From: Octopus vulgaris
Taxonomy: Eukaryota
Assembly (NCBI GenBank): GCA_951406725.2
Contig: OX597823.1
Coordinates: 109,430,001 to 109,494,000 of the forward strand
Length of the DNA stretch: 64,000 bases
Reading direction: 5' to 3'
Numbering within the stretch: position 1 is the first letter of the stretch; the number at the start of each line of letters is the position of its first letter. The translations under genes and the position numbers were made by a program. Of the stretch, positions 28,566-42,263 are shown one piece after another. Under the pieces are notes generated by a model that worked only from the letters and a program-made list of their open reading frames with translations, did no database searches and had not been told where the DNA came from.

Positions 28566-28959
28566 GCCTATACGTATGCTTAGTAACATTTGCTCACAGC
28601 CATAACCAAATCTACATCCATATACAAACCTAAATTCACATAGGCATACACGCGAACCTCTCACTCACTTCCACGCACAAAATATTAAATATTCAGAGAT
28701 ACACATTTAATACACAAACGCATCCTATACAAAACAACACAATTTTTTGCTCCTCTCCGCATACAGACTCTCCGCAGCGCACACACTAACTTATTCAGTC
28801 TTCTACGTTACATCTCTACTTGTTGCCGATTCATTAATATTTTAAATTATCCATCTTTTTTCATCTTTATCCATCTGTAGAATGCATCAAGGAATAGACA
28901 CTTATACACTCTATATCCTTCAAAACATACAGAATTGCAGTCTCTCTCTTCCTTTCTTT

Positions 28960-29310
28960 CTTTTTCTTTCTTTCTCTTGCCCTTTCTTTCTTTCTCTCTC
29001 TTTATCTTATTCAGTATCATTCTCTCTCTTATTTAGTTCCTCTCACTTTCACCTTTTTTCACTCTCTTCCTTTCTTTCTTTTTCTTTCTTTACCTTTCTT
29101 TCTTTCTCTTTCCCTTTCTTTCTTTCTCTTTCCCTTTCTTTCTTTCTCTTGCCCTTTCTTTCTTTCTCTTGCCCTTTCTTTCTTTCTCTTGCCCTTTCTT
29201 TCTTTTTCTTTCTTTCTCTTGCCCTTCCTTTCTTTCTGTCTCTTTATCTTATTCAGTATCATTCTCCCTCTTATTTAGTTCCTCTCACTTTCACCTTTTT
29301 TCACTCTCTT
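28960..29310. repeat. Polypyrimidine 20-bp minisatellite bracketed by a ~70-bp direct repeat
   Basis: Unit GCCCTTTCTTTCTTTCTCTT; CTCTTTATCTTATTCAGTATCATTC.. at ~28998 and ~29240. Confidence 0.85.
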
Positions 29311-29504
29311 TCGCCCTCTTTCTCGCGCACACGCGCATACACGCTTGTGATGGAATGCGTGCGCAGTATTTCACGTGCTTTGGAACCTGTATGAAAATTA
29401 TTGACAAGGTCAACAAAAGAAACACAAACTAAATTCTTTAAAATATATCATTCCCAAGGTGAAATCTGAAATATTATAAAAGATAAGCATAATAGTTCTA
29501 TTAT

Positions 29505-29588
29505 GTCGTAGTGGTTAAGAGCGCGGGCTACTAACCCCAAGATTCCGATTTCGATTCCAAGCAGTGATTTGAACAATAATAATAATGC

Positions 29589-29670
<82 letters not shown>

Positions 29671-29741
29671 GAGAAGAAGAAGAAGAAGAAGAAGAAGAAG
29701 AAGAAGAAGAAGAAGAAGAAGAAGAAGAAGAAGAAGAAGAC

Positions 29742-29777
<36 letters not shown>

Positions 29778-29935
29778 CAACATCGAAGAATACCTTAGGA
29801 ATGAGAACCCAGGTTCGAAATTTCCCCAAGACACCTGAAGAAGGCTGGAGGGTATATCAGCGGAAACGTTGTGTTAATAACAAAGAAGATGAAGACAAAG
29901 ATCCGTCGAATGTAAATAATGTAAATAATAAATAA
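29505..29935 (+). mobile_element. SINE family D: tRNA-like head, expanded (AAT)n/(AAG)n middle, HHR-like tail
   Basis: GTCGTAGTGGTTAAGAGCGCGGGCTACTAACCCC..GATTTCGATTCC (A box, anticodon arm, B box); tail ends in (AATGTAAAT)2. Confidence 0.75.
29830..29875 (+). ncRNA. Minimal type I hammerhead-like motif in SINE tail
   Basis: GACAC-CTGAAGA-AG-GCTG..CAGC-G-GAAA-CG-TT-GTGTT; palindromic AACGTT; stem II closing pair imperfect in this copy. Confidence 0.6.
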
Positions 29936-30309
29936 TATAGTTGCTTCAAGTTTTGGCACATTGGCAACATTCTTTATAGAAGGTGGAGGCTAGTCGATTG
30001 CTTGAATGGTACTTTATTTTATCGACCTTAAAAAGCAAAATTGAACTCGCTGAAATTTGAACTCCAAAAAATAAACTGGAACGCATGCCACTAAATATTT
30101 TGCGAGGTGCATAAACGATTTTTGCCAGCTGAACACTTTATGACAAAACTCTTCTGATTTGGAAAAATTGCCAGCAATTTTGAGGGTAAAGGATTGTTTT
30201 ATCCAACCCGAAAGGATGAAAAACGAAGTAGACCTCGACGGGATGTGGCCGTAAAAAGGCAGAGCAAATACTGCAGATCATTGAACGATTCTGCCAAACC
30301 AGCGCTCTG

Positions 30310-30374
<65 letters not shown>

Positions 30375-30419
30375 AGCTGCTGCTGCTACTTCTGCTACTG
30401 CTACTACTACTACTACTCC

Positions 30420-30808
30420 TTTCTACTGAAAGCATGAGGCCTCAACATTATGGGGAGGATACTAGTCGATTACATCGACCCCAGTGTTTAACTGGTACTT
30501 AATTTATCGACGCCGAATGGGTGAAAGGCAAAGTCGACCTCGGCAAAATTTGAAATCAGAACGTAACGGCAGACGAAATACCTATTTCTTTACTACCCAC
30601 AAGGGGCTAAACACAAAGACAAACAAGGACAGACTAACGGTTAAGTCGATTATATTGACCCGAGTGCGTAACTGGTACTTAATTTATCGACCCCGAAAGG
30701 ATGAAAGGCAAAGTCGACCACGGCGGAATTTGAACTCAGAACGTAACAGCAGACGAAATAACGCTAAGCATTTCGACCAGCACGCTAACGTTTCCTCCGG
30801 TTCGCCGC
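30420..30808 (-). mobile_element. Two adjacent or nested SINE family B copies
   Basis: Central domain appears twice (~30490-30580 and ~30670-30760). Confidence 0.85.
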
Positions 30809-30869
30809 TTTAACAACAACAACAAACAACAATATTGATGATGATGCTGATGATGCTGATGATGATGAC

Positions 30870-30927
<58 letters not shown>

Positions 30928-32064
30928 GTTATGGTGGTTGTGGTGGTGGTGGTGATTACGACTTCCTTTGATTAAAATAGGGGCATGAAAAGGAACGCTA
31001 TATAGATAGTTAACAATTTCTTTTTGGTCAACATCATGTGCTACATTTCTCATAATTATGTCATTAGGTGTGTGTATGCATATGTAATACATGCATGCCC
31101 ACACACACATACACAGACACACACAGAGACACAGACACACACAGACACACACACACACACACATTGGATTGCCTGTGTTCAGTCCACTGCAGGACGAAGG
31201 CTTCAGCATGTCTCCGCTGAAATCATACTGATTTGATGTACCTACCCGGCCACATTGACGCGAAATGGCTTGGCAGAGAGTTACAGTTTCTTGTAACTCT
31301 TGTCCGGAAGTAGTTAAGTCGATTACATTAACCCCAGTGCTTAACTGGTACTTATCTTATAGTAGGTGAAAGGGTGAAAGGCCAAGTTGGCCTTGGTGAA
31401 GAACACAAACACGGACGAAATACAGTATGCATTCATACAGTGTGCAAACCTAGTCATATACGTGTACGTATACATATATGTACACCTCACCCCCCCCACA
31501 CACACACACATACAAACACCACACACGCATATAGTAGGTATATATACATATAAATATATATTATATTATATTATACTATATTATATCATATTATATTGTT
31601 ATATTATATTATATTATTATATATACTCTTATATTTTCTGGAGACCTGCTCTTCAGCTCTCTTGAGATTTTTATCAAATTTACTGGCTCAAATGAAGTGT
31701 CGGGAGAAATTTGAATTTGATCAATTAATAGGCAGAAATCCTCATTATATTACAGGTACATGCTTTAATCGATTAATAACAAATCCACGTCAACAAGCGT
31801 TGAACTTAGAAGTTGGAGACTTTAAATAGTATATCGATTTGTTTTTTTGTAATGGGATAAGACTATATATTTATGAAGGAAGCGACATATTCGATTCAAA
31901 TTACAATAATCGATATAACTGCAACATTCATATTGATTATAGGAACCGGAGAGATGAAAGAGTCTGGTAATGAGTGATTTCAGTTCCAAAACTGATGGAA
32001 ACAAATTACTATTTATTTACGGAGGCAGCAGCCATTTTTTGCCCTCATTATATTACTGCTAGAA

Positions 32065-32290
32065 GGCGGTTAGCTGGCAGAATCGTTAACACGTTGGACG
32101 AAATGTTGTTGCGGTTTTTCGTTTCGCCCGTTACGTTCCGTATTCAAATTCTTGCGAGATTATCACTTGTCTTTCATTCCTTCGGTAGGAGGTTAATAAA
32201 ATAAGTACCAATCAAGTAATGGAGGTGATTTTTCTTGACTTATCCCCTTTCCTCAAAATCGCTGGCTTTATGCTGAAGTAACAAAGAATT
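32065..32290 (+). mobile_element. SINE family B, diverged
   Basis: GGCGGTTAGCTGGCAGAATCGTTAAC..TTCAAATTC..CTTTCATTCCTTCGG..ATAAGTACCA. Confidence 0.7.
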
Positions 32291-33100
32291 ATATATCACT
32301 GTAAGGTAATTCAGCAGCTTAGCAGAATCGTAAGAACGTCATGAAAATGTCTTGTATTTAATTTCTCAAACATATAACCCCCTTTCGAATCCTACTGAGG
32401 TATGCTCTGTGATTCATCCATCCCGGGTCGATAACTTAAAATACCATTCAGATAAGTGGATTGCTGGCATCGACTAAATACGCTACCCTCAGAATTAACA
32501 GTTCCATAACTAAACTTTGAAAAATTATATTTCTGGCAGGTAATTAATTTATGAAATCACGGGAGGCAAAAATGAAACCGAGCACTACTTGAATTCAGAG
32601 ATTAAAGGAATGTAATATATAGAGCAAAGTATTTTTTTACCTGGATCCCCCAACCCGGCCCTTTATTCCCTGCAGATGAAATTAAATAGCGTTAAGTATC
32701 TGCTCATGATGACTGCCACTTGCCCCAAATACTTGCCCCTAATTTGGTAATTATGAAACAAAAAATTTGTAGGTTATACATTAGGGAGTTGTAATATATG
32801 TGCCTCATCACCTTCTTAACATCTTTACCTAGTAATATCATATCAGATGCGTGTGTAGACGTTTACACACACACACATACACACACACGCACACACACAG
32901 ACACACACACACATACGCACACATACACAGCTCGCACACACGCACACAGACAATTAATACTCGTAGTGCATCATTCATCTATGCATCACGCAGCTTTGGT
33001 TAAATCTTCTGGTATTTGTACACGTATACGCGTAGACATACAAAAATAAATGTAAATGTATGTACATACATGACTGTATGTATGTGTGTAAGTATGTATG

Positions 33101-33141
<41 letters not shown>

Positions 33142-33168
33142 TTATCTATATATATATATATATATATA

Positions 33169-33437
33169 AACATCCAAGTTTCCTCATTCTACATTGAGAG
33201 AAGAAAGAGATGGACGCTTCAATTCTATGCTGCTGCCGCATTATGTCGGACGTGAACGAGAGGATTTGCATCCCCAACCAAGAATTTTTGATGTAACACA
33301 TGTCCTTGTGGAAGCTGTTGTGCGCGGCTGAAGAAGGCCACAGACATACATTATGCTTTGTTATAAATCTGTCTAATAAAGGCCCGAAACATATGTACCG
33401 CTGAATCCTTCGCATCATGTTTTTATTTTATTTTGAT

Positions 33438-33439
<2 letters not shown>
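33169..33439 (+). mobile_element. (TA)n-embedded HHR-bearing element (Penelope pLTR-like fragment)
   Basis: Unique ~270-bp insert between TA tracts containing an HHR fold. Confidence 0.65.
33324..33401 (+). ncRNA. Type I hammerhead ribozyme, predicted cleavage after A33397 (GUA)
   Basis: GCGG-CTGAAGA-A-GGCC(ACAGA..TCTGT)GGCC-C-GAAA-CATATG-TA-CCGC. Confidence 0.75.
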
Positions 33440-33476
<37 letters not shown>

Positions 33477-34330
33477 CATATATTTGCAAAGGCTGTAATG
33501 TGGTATATTGTTAAAATCTTTAAAGTGTAAAACGAAAATCCCATGCGGTATCTTGTCTGAGTATTGAGTTCAAATCTCAGCGAGATCAATTGTCCTCTCA
33601 CACTTCCGTTGGTTGATAATATAAATAATAAATTTCCAGTGAGCTTAATTCAATCGTCACTACACACCCGGCTAATTTCAGATGACCGTTAACCTTTTTT
33701 AAAAGTTCACACATAGATCATACCAGACGTATAGTTGGTAGTAGTGTTAGAGATACGTACACTATATATTTTGGTATTTAGATACTGTGCCGTTTATCCT
33801 TAAGTGGTCGGTAAAAATTATTTAGTAGTCGATCTCTGGAAAAAATATTTAATCGACTACAGCATCCTCAAATATATTTAGCCTTGGATATATGCATTTC
33901 AGAAATAAATCTATGGAAGAGGTGACTTGATTGAAACATTGAAACTCCAGCAGAAACATTTTCCTTTCGTGAAACTGAATTTACTAGAGACTTACTCCTC
34001 TGTATTTTACAAGTGAATTATATTTGGTGGAAACGATATTTTTTTAGTTCCAGCCCTTTCTGAAAGCTGAATCTCGTTACAATACTGCACATCCTTCGTT
34101 CTCTCATGCCAATGATTTATCAATGAAGTGCTCTTTGGTCCTCAGCAATATTCCGCTTATATATTAGGAACCTCCATGCCAACCCCTCTAAAAATGCTGA
34201 TATTTACAAAGTATTTACCAGCCTAAACTCGTCCCTAATATTCCATCCCTAAGTATCACACATATGCAGCCCAGAAGGGACTTTGACACCTCGCATAAAA
34301 CCGTACCGATGTTAAATCCAGATACTGTGA

Positions 34331-34565
34331 AACCTATTTCTTTACTACCCACACGGGGCCAAAAACAGAGAGGACAAACAAGGACAGACAAAAGGATTAA
34401 GACGATTATATCGACCCCAGTGCGTAACTGGTACTTATTTAATTGACCCCGAAAGGATGAAAGGCAAAGTCGACCTCGGCGGAATTTGAACTCAGAACGT
34501 AACGACAGACGAAATACTGTTTAGCATTTCGCCCGGCGTGCTAACAATTCTGCCAGCTCGCCGCC
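34331..34565 (-). mobile_element. SINE family B, full length with 19-bp TSD
   Basis: TSD TTAAATCCAGATAC(T/C)GTGA at 34312-34330 and 34566-34584. Confidence 0.92.
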
Positions 34566-34851
34566 TTAAATCCAGATACCGTGATACCATCTTCAATTGG
34601 GATCATACCATTTTCGACTTCTTTCACTGTACAATAACGTAAGCACAACATATTAATAAAAAAATATAGTTCTAACATTAGACATGAACAGCTTGCAAAA
34701 TGAAATTTCAGTGTCACTGCGAATGCAAGGTATCATCAATACTAATGCTTCCGCATCCTCAACATAGTAACCAATCCTCCTCCTCCTCCTCCTTAGTGTC
34801 AGAAAATATTTAAGACCCCAACAACCCCTAATTCACCTATATAAATATTTT

Positions 34852-35167
34852 TTTGTAAGTCTAGTATTTATTCTATCCGTCTCTTTTGCCGAACCGCTAA
34901 GTGACGGGGACGTAAACACACCAGCATCGGTTATCAAGCGATGTTAGTAGGACAAACACAGACACACAAACACACATATATATATATATATATATACATA
35001 TATATGACGGACTTCTTTTAGTTTCCGTCTACCAAATCCACTCCCAAGGCTTTGGTCGGTCCGAGGATAAGGTAGAAAACACTTGCACAAGGTGCCACGC
35101 AGTGAGATTGAACCCGGAACCATGTGGTTGGTAAGCAAGCTACTTACCACACAGCCAGTCCTGCACC
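34852..35167 (-). mobile_element. SINE family A, 3'-truncated
   Basis: Reverse complement of the family A head and body. Confidence 0.88.
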
Positions 35168-35233
35168 TGACAGAGGTCAAGGAGTAAAAGTTCATATTAG
35201 AACAAGTGTTGGTCTATATTACATAGCACATAA

Positions 35234-35463
35234 GGCGGCGAGCTGGCAGAAACTTTAGCACGTTGGGCGAAATGCGTAGCCGTATTTCGTCTGCCGTTAC
35301 GTTCTGGGTTCAAATTCCGCCGAGGTCGACTTTGCCTTTCATCCTTTCGGGATCGATAAATTAAGTACCAGTTACGCACTGGGGTCGATGTAATCGACTT
35401 AATCCGTTTGTCTGTCCTTGTTTGTCCCCTCTGTGTTTAGCCCTTTATGGGTAGTAAAGAAAT
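35234..35463 (+). mobile_element. SINE family B, full length
   Basis: Consensus-like from head to tail. Confidence 0.92.
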
Positions 35464-36024
35464 ATATATTACACTTCATTCTATAAAACTTCATTTTTTC
35501 TTTTCCTCTTGACCGGAAAACTACCAAATTATTTTAGAAAATGTATTTGTTTTAGATTTTCTTCTCTGCCAGTGGGTGGTTATTTTAACAACACAAAAGT
35601 TAAGAAATTCTTCTGAATTAACTTTTCGATAGCTGATCGATCGAAGAGAATTTCTTAGAGATATATTTTTAATTAACACACACGCACGCACGCACACACA
35701 TACGCACGCACACACACGCACGCACATATGTTAATGAGACAATTACGCAATATGTGAACCAGTGAAGAAGACACCGTGGACAGTCGATCCGCTTACTAGA
35801 AAAAAAGGCACACATCCATTTAATCATAGTACAATATCTTTTAAACATGGGATAGATTAGATACTATATCTTAGACATTCAAACAAGAGATACGATGATC
35901 ATAATTGGGCTGGTTTAATTATCTTCCTAATCGATGATCACTGATCTCAAATTGAACAGTAAGGGCATAATAATCCTTAAGTATCGTTTATTCTGAAATG
36001 CTAACATTTAATTATATTCTTTAA

Positions 36025-36254
36025 TGGCGGCAAGCTGGTAGAAACGTTAGCATGCCGGGCGAAATGCTTTACGTATTTCGTCTGCCATTACGTTTTGAGT
36101 TCAAATTCCGCTGAGGTCGACTTTGCCTTTCATCCTTTCTGGGTCGATAAATTAAGTACCAGTTACGCAATGGAGTCGATGCAATCGAATTAATCCGTTT
36201 GTCTGTCCTTGTTTGTCCCCCTCTGTGTTTAGCCCCTTGTGGGTAGTAAAGAAA
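36025..36254 (+). mobile_element. SINE family B, full length
   Basis: Consensus-like from head to tail. Confidence 0.9.
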
Positions 36255-36813
36255 TATCTATTTTTTACATCCAGATATGGACCAAACATGCCGACAGGCA
36301 AAACGAAATGTATATATATAAGGTGTTAGAAAATATTCGGTTCAAAAGATGGAATATCTTATATACTGATGCCGGTTACTTACCTTTCTGTCGGTGAATT
36401 GACGTTATTTTTTCTGTGTACATAATTTTTTAACCTAGTCTACTTACTGTTTCATGTTACATTTTTACCCCAACCGAGTCTATTATATATAAGTACATCC
36501 TGACATGATTTAACATCAATTCATGTGATATATATTTACTTGAACGTATGATCCATGGCAGCAAATAGAAGCTGGATGATTAGTAAAGAATATTATAGCT
36601 AATTTATGAAAAGAAATATCCATCATTTGTTTTATACATTATGTGTATAGCAAATTACGAAATTCACTTGACTTAGCAAAGCAGCAAAAGACGAAATGAA
36701 TACAAAATAGCATTTAAAAAATTCTACTTCACAAGTTCAGTGGCTCTTTCACTTTAGTTTTGCTTTCTCTCTCTTTCTCTCTGTATGTATGTATGTGCAT
36801 ATATATATATATA

Positions 36814-36879
<66 letters not shown>

Positions 36880-37019
36880 TACATATACATATATATACAT
36901 ATATATCCCTCTCACTCTCTCACGCTCTGACCTTCTCTTATCACATTGCTCGGTTCATCTTTGTTGTCTAAACTATGTATGTATGTATGTATGTATCTAT
37001 CTATCTATCTAATCTATCG

Positions 37020-37050
<31 letters not shown>

Positions 37051-37764
37051 TATATGTATATATATTACATATGATACATATGTACATATGCAGCCATAAA
37101 GCATTCATAAACATACATACATACACACACATACATACATGCATGCATACATACATACATACATACATACATACATACATACATACATACATACATACAT
37201 ACATACACACATACATACTCGTACACATACACATATCCTGCCGTACAAAATACTCACGCAGCAGAAGCACTGCTCTTCAAAAGTAAATTCCATTATTTTT
37301 CTAGTTCAGCTGTTCAGAAAAGAACTAGGCGTGACATGAAATTATCAGATGTGAAGCGCCGTTTCTGAAATGTTGAATTCCATCTGGAAACAAATATAAG
37401 CATCTATTTTCATATTCAAAGAAAAACAGCCTGCTTATATATCGGCCCATACCCTACACAGCTTAAAAACGAAAATAAGACAAGTGCACATGAACATACA
37501 TATATACATACAAACATACAGGCATAAATACGAACATACACACACATTATATGTGTGCGCATGTGTGTGTGTGTATTCGAAGTGTTAGACTATTTCGACA
37601 TACATACGTACGAATTTATGAATCTTTCAATCTATCATTCGTTTTCTCTCCTTTCCAATGTATATATATATATACGTGTGTGCATATGAGTGTGTCTATG
37701 TACATACCTACATATATATTCTATATATATGTATGTATATATGCATATACATTTATATTTATAT

Positions 37765-37867
<103 letters not shown>

Positions 37868-37943
37868 GCAAACGCCTATATATAATCATATATAAATATG
37901 AGTATATATATATATATATCTATACATATATATATATATATAT

Positions 37944-37999
<56 letters not shown>

Positions 38000-38335
38000 A
38001 CTTACCCACAGTCTCACACACGCGAGAATCCGCGCATACACACACGCATACATACGTACATACATGTGTATATGACCTGTCTTTGTAATCTTTGAATTTC
38101 TGGTTTTCTACATTCCAACGTTTATAACTCTTACACTTTACTATACACCCCCAAATCAACCCCCCCATTCCTTACCCTTCCCCTCCTCGACCTCCTACCC
38201 CACCACCTCTATACTCTCCATCATCGACAACATTGCTACGAATAATAGATTTAGTTAAAAGTTGTAGGATGAGGAATGTAGTTTTAAAAACAATATTAGC
38301 AACATCTCTTTCTCATTCTGTTGGTCTGATGGTAT

Positions 38336-38407
<72 letters not shown>

Positions 38408-38663
38408 TCGGCAGCCAAAGCAGCACACGTTATACACCCCTTATTATTACCTACCCATTTCAATCTGCAATCCTCTTCAGATAAAGGTTATCAAGTAGAA
38501 ACAATTTAGTAACAAAATACATATATATATTTTGAAACAATTTGTTAAATATAGCAGTTAAGCACCCTTCTACACACTCATATAAATGAATGGGTGCAGA
38601 GGGTGTCTGTGTGAGTGTACTCTGTATACACACTTAGAATATATATATATATATATATAAACA

Positions 38664-38743
<80 letters not shown>

Positions 38744-38779
38744 TACTTTAAATATATATATATATATATGTGAATATGT

Positions 38780-38852
<73 letters not shown>

Positions 38853-38859
38853 TACATAC

Positions 38860-39185
38860 TTAGATTGTTTGTATTGGTAATTCGTAATTTTTCCCCATAT
38901 TCTCCGCTTTTTTGTTTGTTTCATTTTGTCTTTCTTGCTGTACACATTCGCTAGCTTTCTTACAAAGGGGTCTAATGGTCTTAGCTTAGACTTCCTTGGG
39001 GGCAACCAGATCGAACCATCTCAAACGTAACTGTCCGAAATGGTTGTGACATCTGTTACTTGACTGAGGAAAGAAAGCCACGAATGACCCGCCTGTTTTT
39101 GCCTGTCCTAATTGTTGTTTCTCTTGTCCGCCTTTGTATCGTCTATCAGTTCGAATGATTTAATAACCACAATTGCGTTTTTCCC

Positions 39186-39188
<3 letters not shown>
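38860..39188 (+). mobile_element. Family P1 relative between microsatellites
   Basis: TAGCTTAG..CCTTGGGG..CCGAAAT..GACTGAGGA..CGAATGACCCG..TGTATCGTCTAT shared with 1385-1560. Confidence 0.6.
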
Positions 39189-39233
<45 letters not shown>

Positions 39234-39241
<8 letters not shown>

Positions 39242-39628
39242 AAAATAGTAAAGTGTGAAAAAACGACAGAAGGCTTAAATGTTAAAAAATATATATATTT
39301 GTGTCAAAATGTCTGGAGAATATTGGAAAAATTATTTTTCCTTTCCTTAAAATGACATAATTTTAAAATTTTAAAAGAAATTACCTGTTTCGCGTGTAGC
39401 TTTTCAAATTTCTTGTGACGTTTGAAAAGCTACACGCGAAACAGGTAATTTCTTTAAAAATTTTAAAATTATGTCATTTTAAGGAAAGGAAAAAATTTTT
39501 TCCAATATTCTCCAGACATTTTGACACAAATATATATATTTTTTAACATTTAAGCCTTCTGTCGTTTTTTCACACTTTACTATTTTCTTATATATTCACC
39601 CACGTGCTTTACCAAACAAACTTTCTTA

Positions 39629-39630
<2 letters not shown>
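39234..39630. mobile_element. Near-perfect palindromic insertion in (TA)n (175-bp arms, 12-nt loop)
   Basis: 39234-39408 vs 39421-39595 with only a few differences; degenerate HHR-like CTTGTGA-CGT..ACG-C-GAAACAGGTA at the centre. Confidence 0.85.
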
Positions 39631-39690
<60 letters not shown>

Positions 39691-39956
39691 TGTATGTATG
39701 TATGTATGTATTAAAAATGACTTCGCTCACTCTATTCGCAAATGAAAATAACCATCTGGATTAGTAACACTGTTAATTCCTCAAACCAACTATTCTCAGA
39801 TGTTCACTATCAATTATGATTGATGGATAATAGGTATTAGACAGAAACAAAATCCAACATGTCAACCAGTTCTGGGATCATCATTAAAACAATACAATTT
39901 TACAGGAAACTATAGGATAGTGTAGAAAATACAAATTGATGGACTTCCATAATATA

Positions 39957-40478
39957 CCGTAAATCCTCGAGTATAATCCGCAATTTCCCCCAAAAATTTG
40001 AAGGTCAAAATCCCTAGTGCGTACTATATACGGGGCTAAAAACGAAAAATATTTTCTAAGCAATGTCCAGGTCTCTATTTGCTGTCCGGCAATGTTTATT
40101 CAGACACATTTTGTGATGTCGGGCGCGAAAATACCTTAAGCTAAGCCTGAAAGCAATGAAGTCATAAAAGAATCATCCATAACTTGCAGTAAGCAACATT
40201 TATTAAAATAAAAGTATTCAAAACACAGAATAACATGTAACAAAAACAATTTGCAAACATATTTACATTCCCATATAACAGTTAAGAATATCACCATTAT
40301 TGTATTACGCATGCACGGAAGTGTTTGTTCGACTAGGTGCTGCTAGCTTAATTACGCACAACTCAAGTTATAGAAGGGGTGCGTATTATACACAAGGTTT
40401 AGGTTTTTCAGACGTACACCCCACTGAAAATCCCCTGCGTATCATACTCAACGGCGGACTATACTCGAGGATTTACGG
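39957..40478. mobile_element. pogo/Tc2-like MITE (522 bp)
   Basis: TIRs CCGTAAATCCTCGAGTATA(A/G)TCCGC, TA duplication on both sides, no ORF. Confidence 0.9.
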
Positions 40479-41081
40479 TACACTGTATGAAAAATTATTG
40501 CATACCAGAATGCAAAGAATGATATTCAAACAAACGAGGATAGAGTAAAACTTCCGTAATGAGTATATGGATTTCACTTAGAAGTAACAGCCTTTTCTAG
40601 GATTCAATTCTACGCTACCTCTCCTTGAGAGTATATTTTCAGTTAGAGGTTATTTTCAAGGTCTACAATCATGCAACCCCATGAAATGTGGTGCGATATG
40701 TATAAAGTTCATATGGATGAAATATGTAACTGGAATGTGAAGATCTGGAAGAATTTTCACTTTGATATATGAGAGAAACGGTATTTAACCTAAAGAATAC
40801 GAATAAGAAACGAATTGGTAAGACAAAAGGAATGTTTTAAAGAGAGGTTGGGTATGTTTTACTGTCAGATCCCAAATTCATCATATATAGTTGGCAGGTA
40901 TCCTTGTAATAATGTAAGTCCTAACACTAAACGTTGACGTTAAATAATTATTAATTAATTAAAATTACTCCCTTGGAAAGGATAAAATGAGATTGACTAC
41001 CTGTGCTTAGCAGGGGAGACAACCCGGAATAATCAGTTAATTCTTTTATATCAGGTTCCTCATGTTATATATCTCTCTTAA

Positions 41082-41469
41082 GTGGAGGCGCAATGGCCCA
41101 GTGGTTAGGGCAGCGTACTCGCGGTCGTAGGATCGCGGTTTCGATTCCCAGACCGGGCGTTGTGAGTGTTTATTGAGCGAAAACACCTAAAAGCTCCACG
41201 AGCCTCTGGCAGGGATGGTGGTGATCCCTGCTGTACTCTTTCACCATAACTTTCTCTCACTTTTACTTCCTGTTTCTGTTGTACCTGTATTTCAAAGGGC
41301 CGGCCTTGTCACTCTCTGTGTCACGCTGTATATCCCCGAGAACTACGTTAAGAGTAAACGTGTCTGTGGAGTGCTCAGCCACTTACACGTTAATTTGACG
41401 AGCAGGCTGTTCCGTTGATCGGATCAACCGGAACCCTCGTCGTCGTATCCGACGGAGTGCTTCCATTCC
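41082..41469 (+). mobile_element. SINE family C, full length with 13-bp TSD
   Basis: TSD ATATCTCTCTTAA at 41069-41081 and 41470-41482; tRNA-like A and B boxes. Confidence 0.92.
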
Positions 41470-41710
41470 ATATCTCTCTTAAATGTAGCAATAATTTAGA
41501 ATATAATCACTATCTGGCACGATAAGTATATGTGGGACTGAGCTTTCCCTCCGGTTGTAATAAAAAAAAACAGTTTGTTTATGTGAGAGCGCTGTGTGTG
41601 CACTAGAGTGTGCGGGTAACAGTACATGAAAAATTTACAAATTCATTACAGCTTCGGTATTTATTTTATATGAACACTTACTTGAAAAGCAAAACAAAAA
41701 ACGACATGCT

Positions 41711-41785
<75 letters not shown>

Positions 41786-41814
41786 GTGTATATATACATA
41801 TATATATATGTATA

Positions 41815-41866
<52 letters not shown>

Positions 41867-41891
41867 TATGTATATATATGTATATATATGG

Positions 41892-41922
<31 letters not shown>

Positions 41923-41923
<1 letters not shown>

Positions 41924-42263
41924 TTGCATAGTGCCAAAGATCCCAACAATGCCATCACGCTTCAGGACCAGCTTCTGCAACAGCCTGGGTTTCAAGGGCC
42001 CACAGCTTTTTAATATTCTCCCAAAGAGTCTGAGGAACTTGCACAAAGTAGATGTAGCGGTTTTTAAATCAAAGCTGGACATCTTCCTGTCAAGAGTCCC
42101 AGATGAACCTACCTCACGGCAAGAGGTGCAAATGAGAGTAGCTGTATCAAACTCCATTCTTCACCAAGTGCCACATATTAGACGAGGTTCGTCGCAATAA
42201 CAGTGTAGCACAAAACGGCGGTGCATCAGCATGGCCGCAGCTCTGAGCTGAAACTAGAAAAAA

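Noticed and set aside
41082-41160. SINE heads (also 2029, 23212, 29505) as tRNA genes
   Set aside because: Acceptor stems incomplete and continuous with SINE bodies and TSDs
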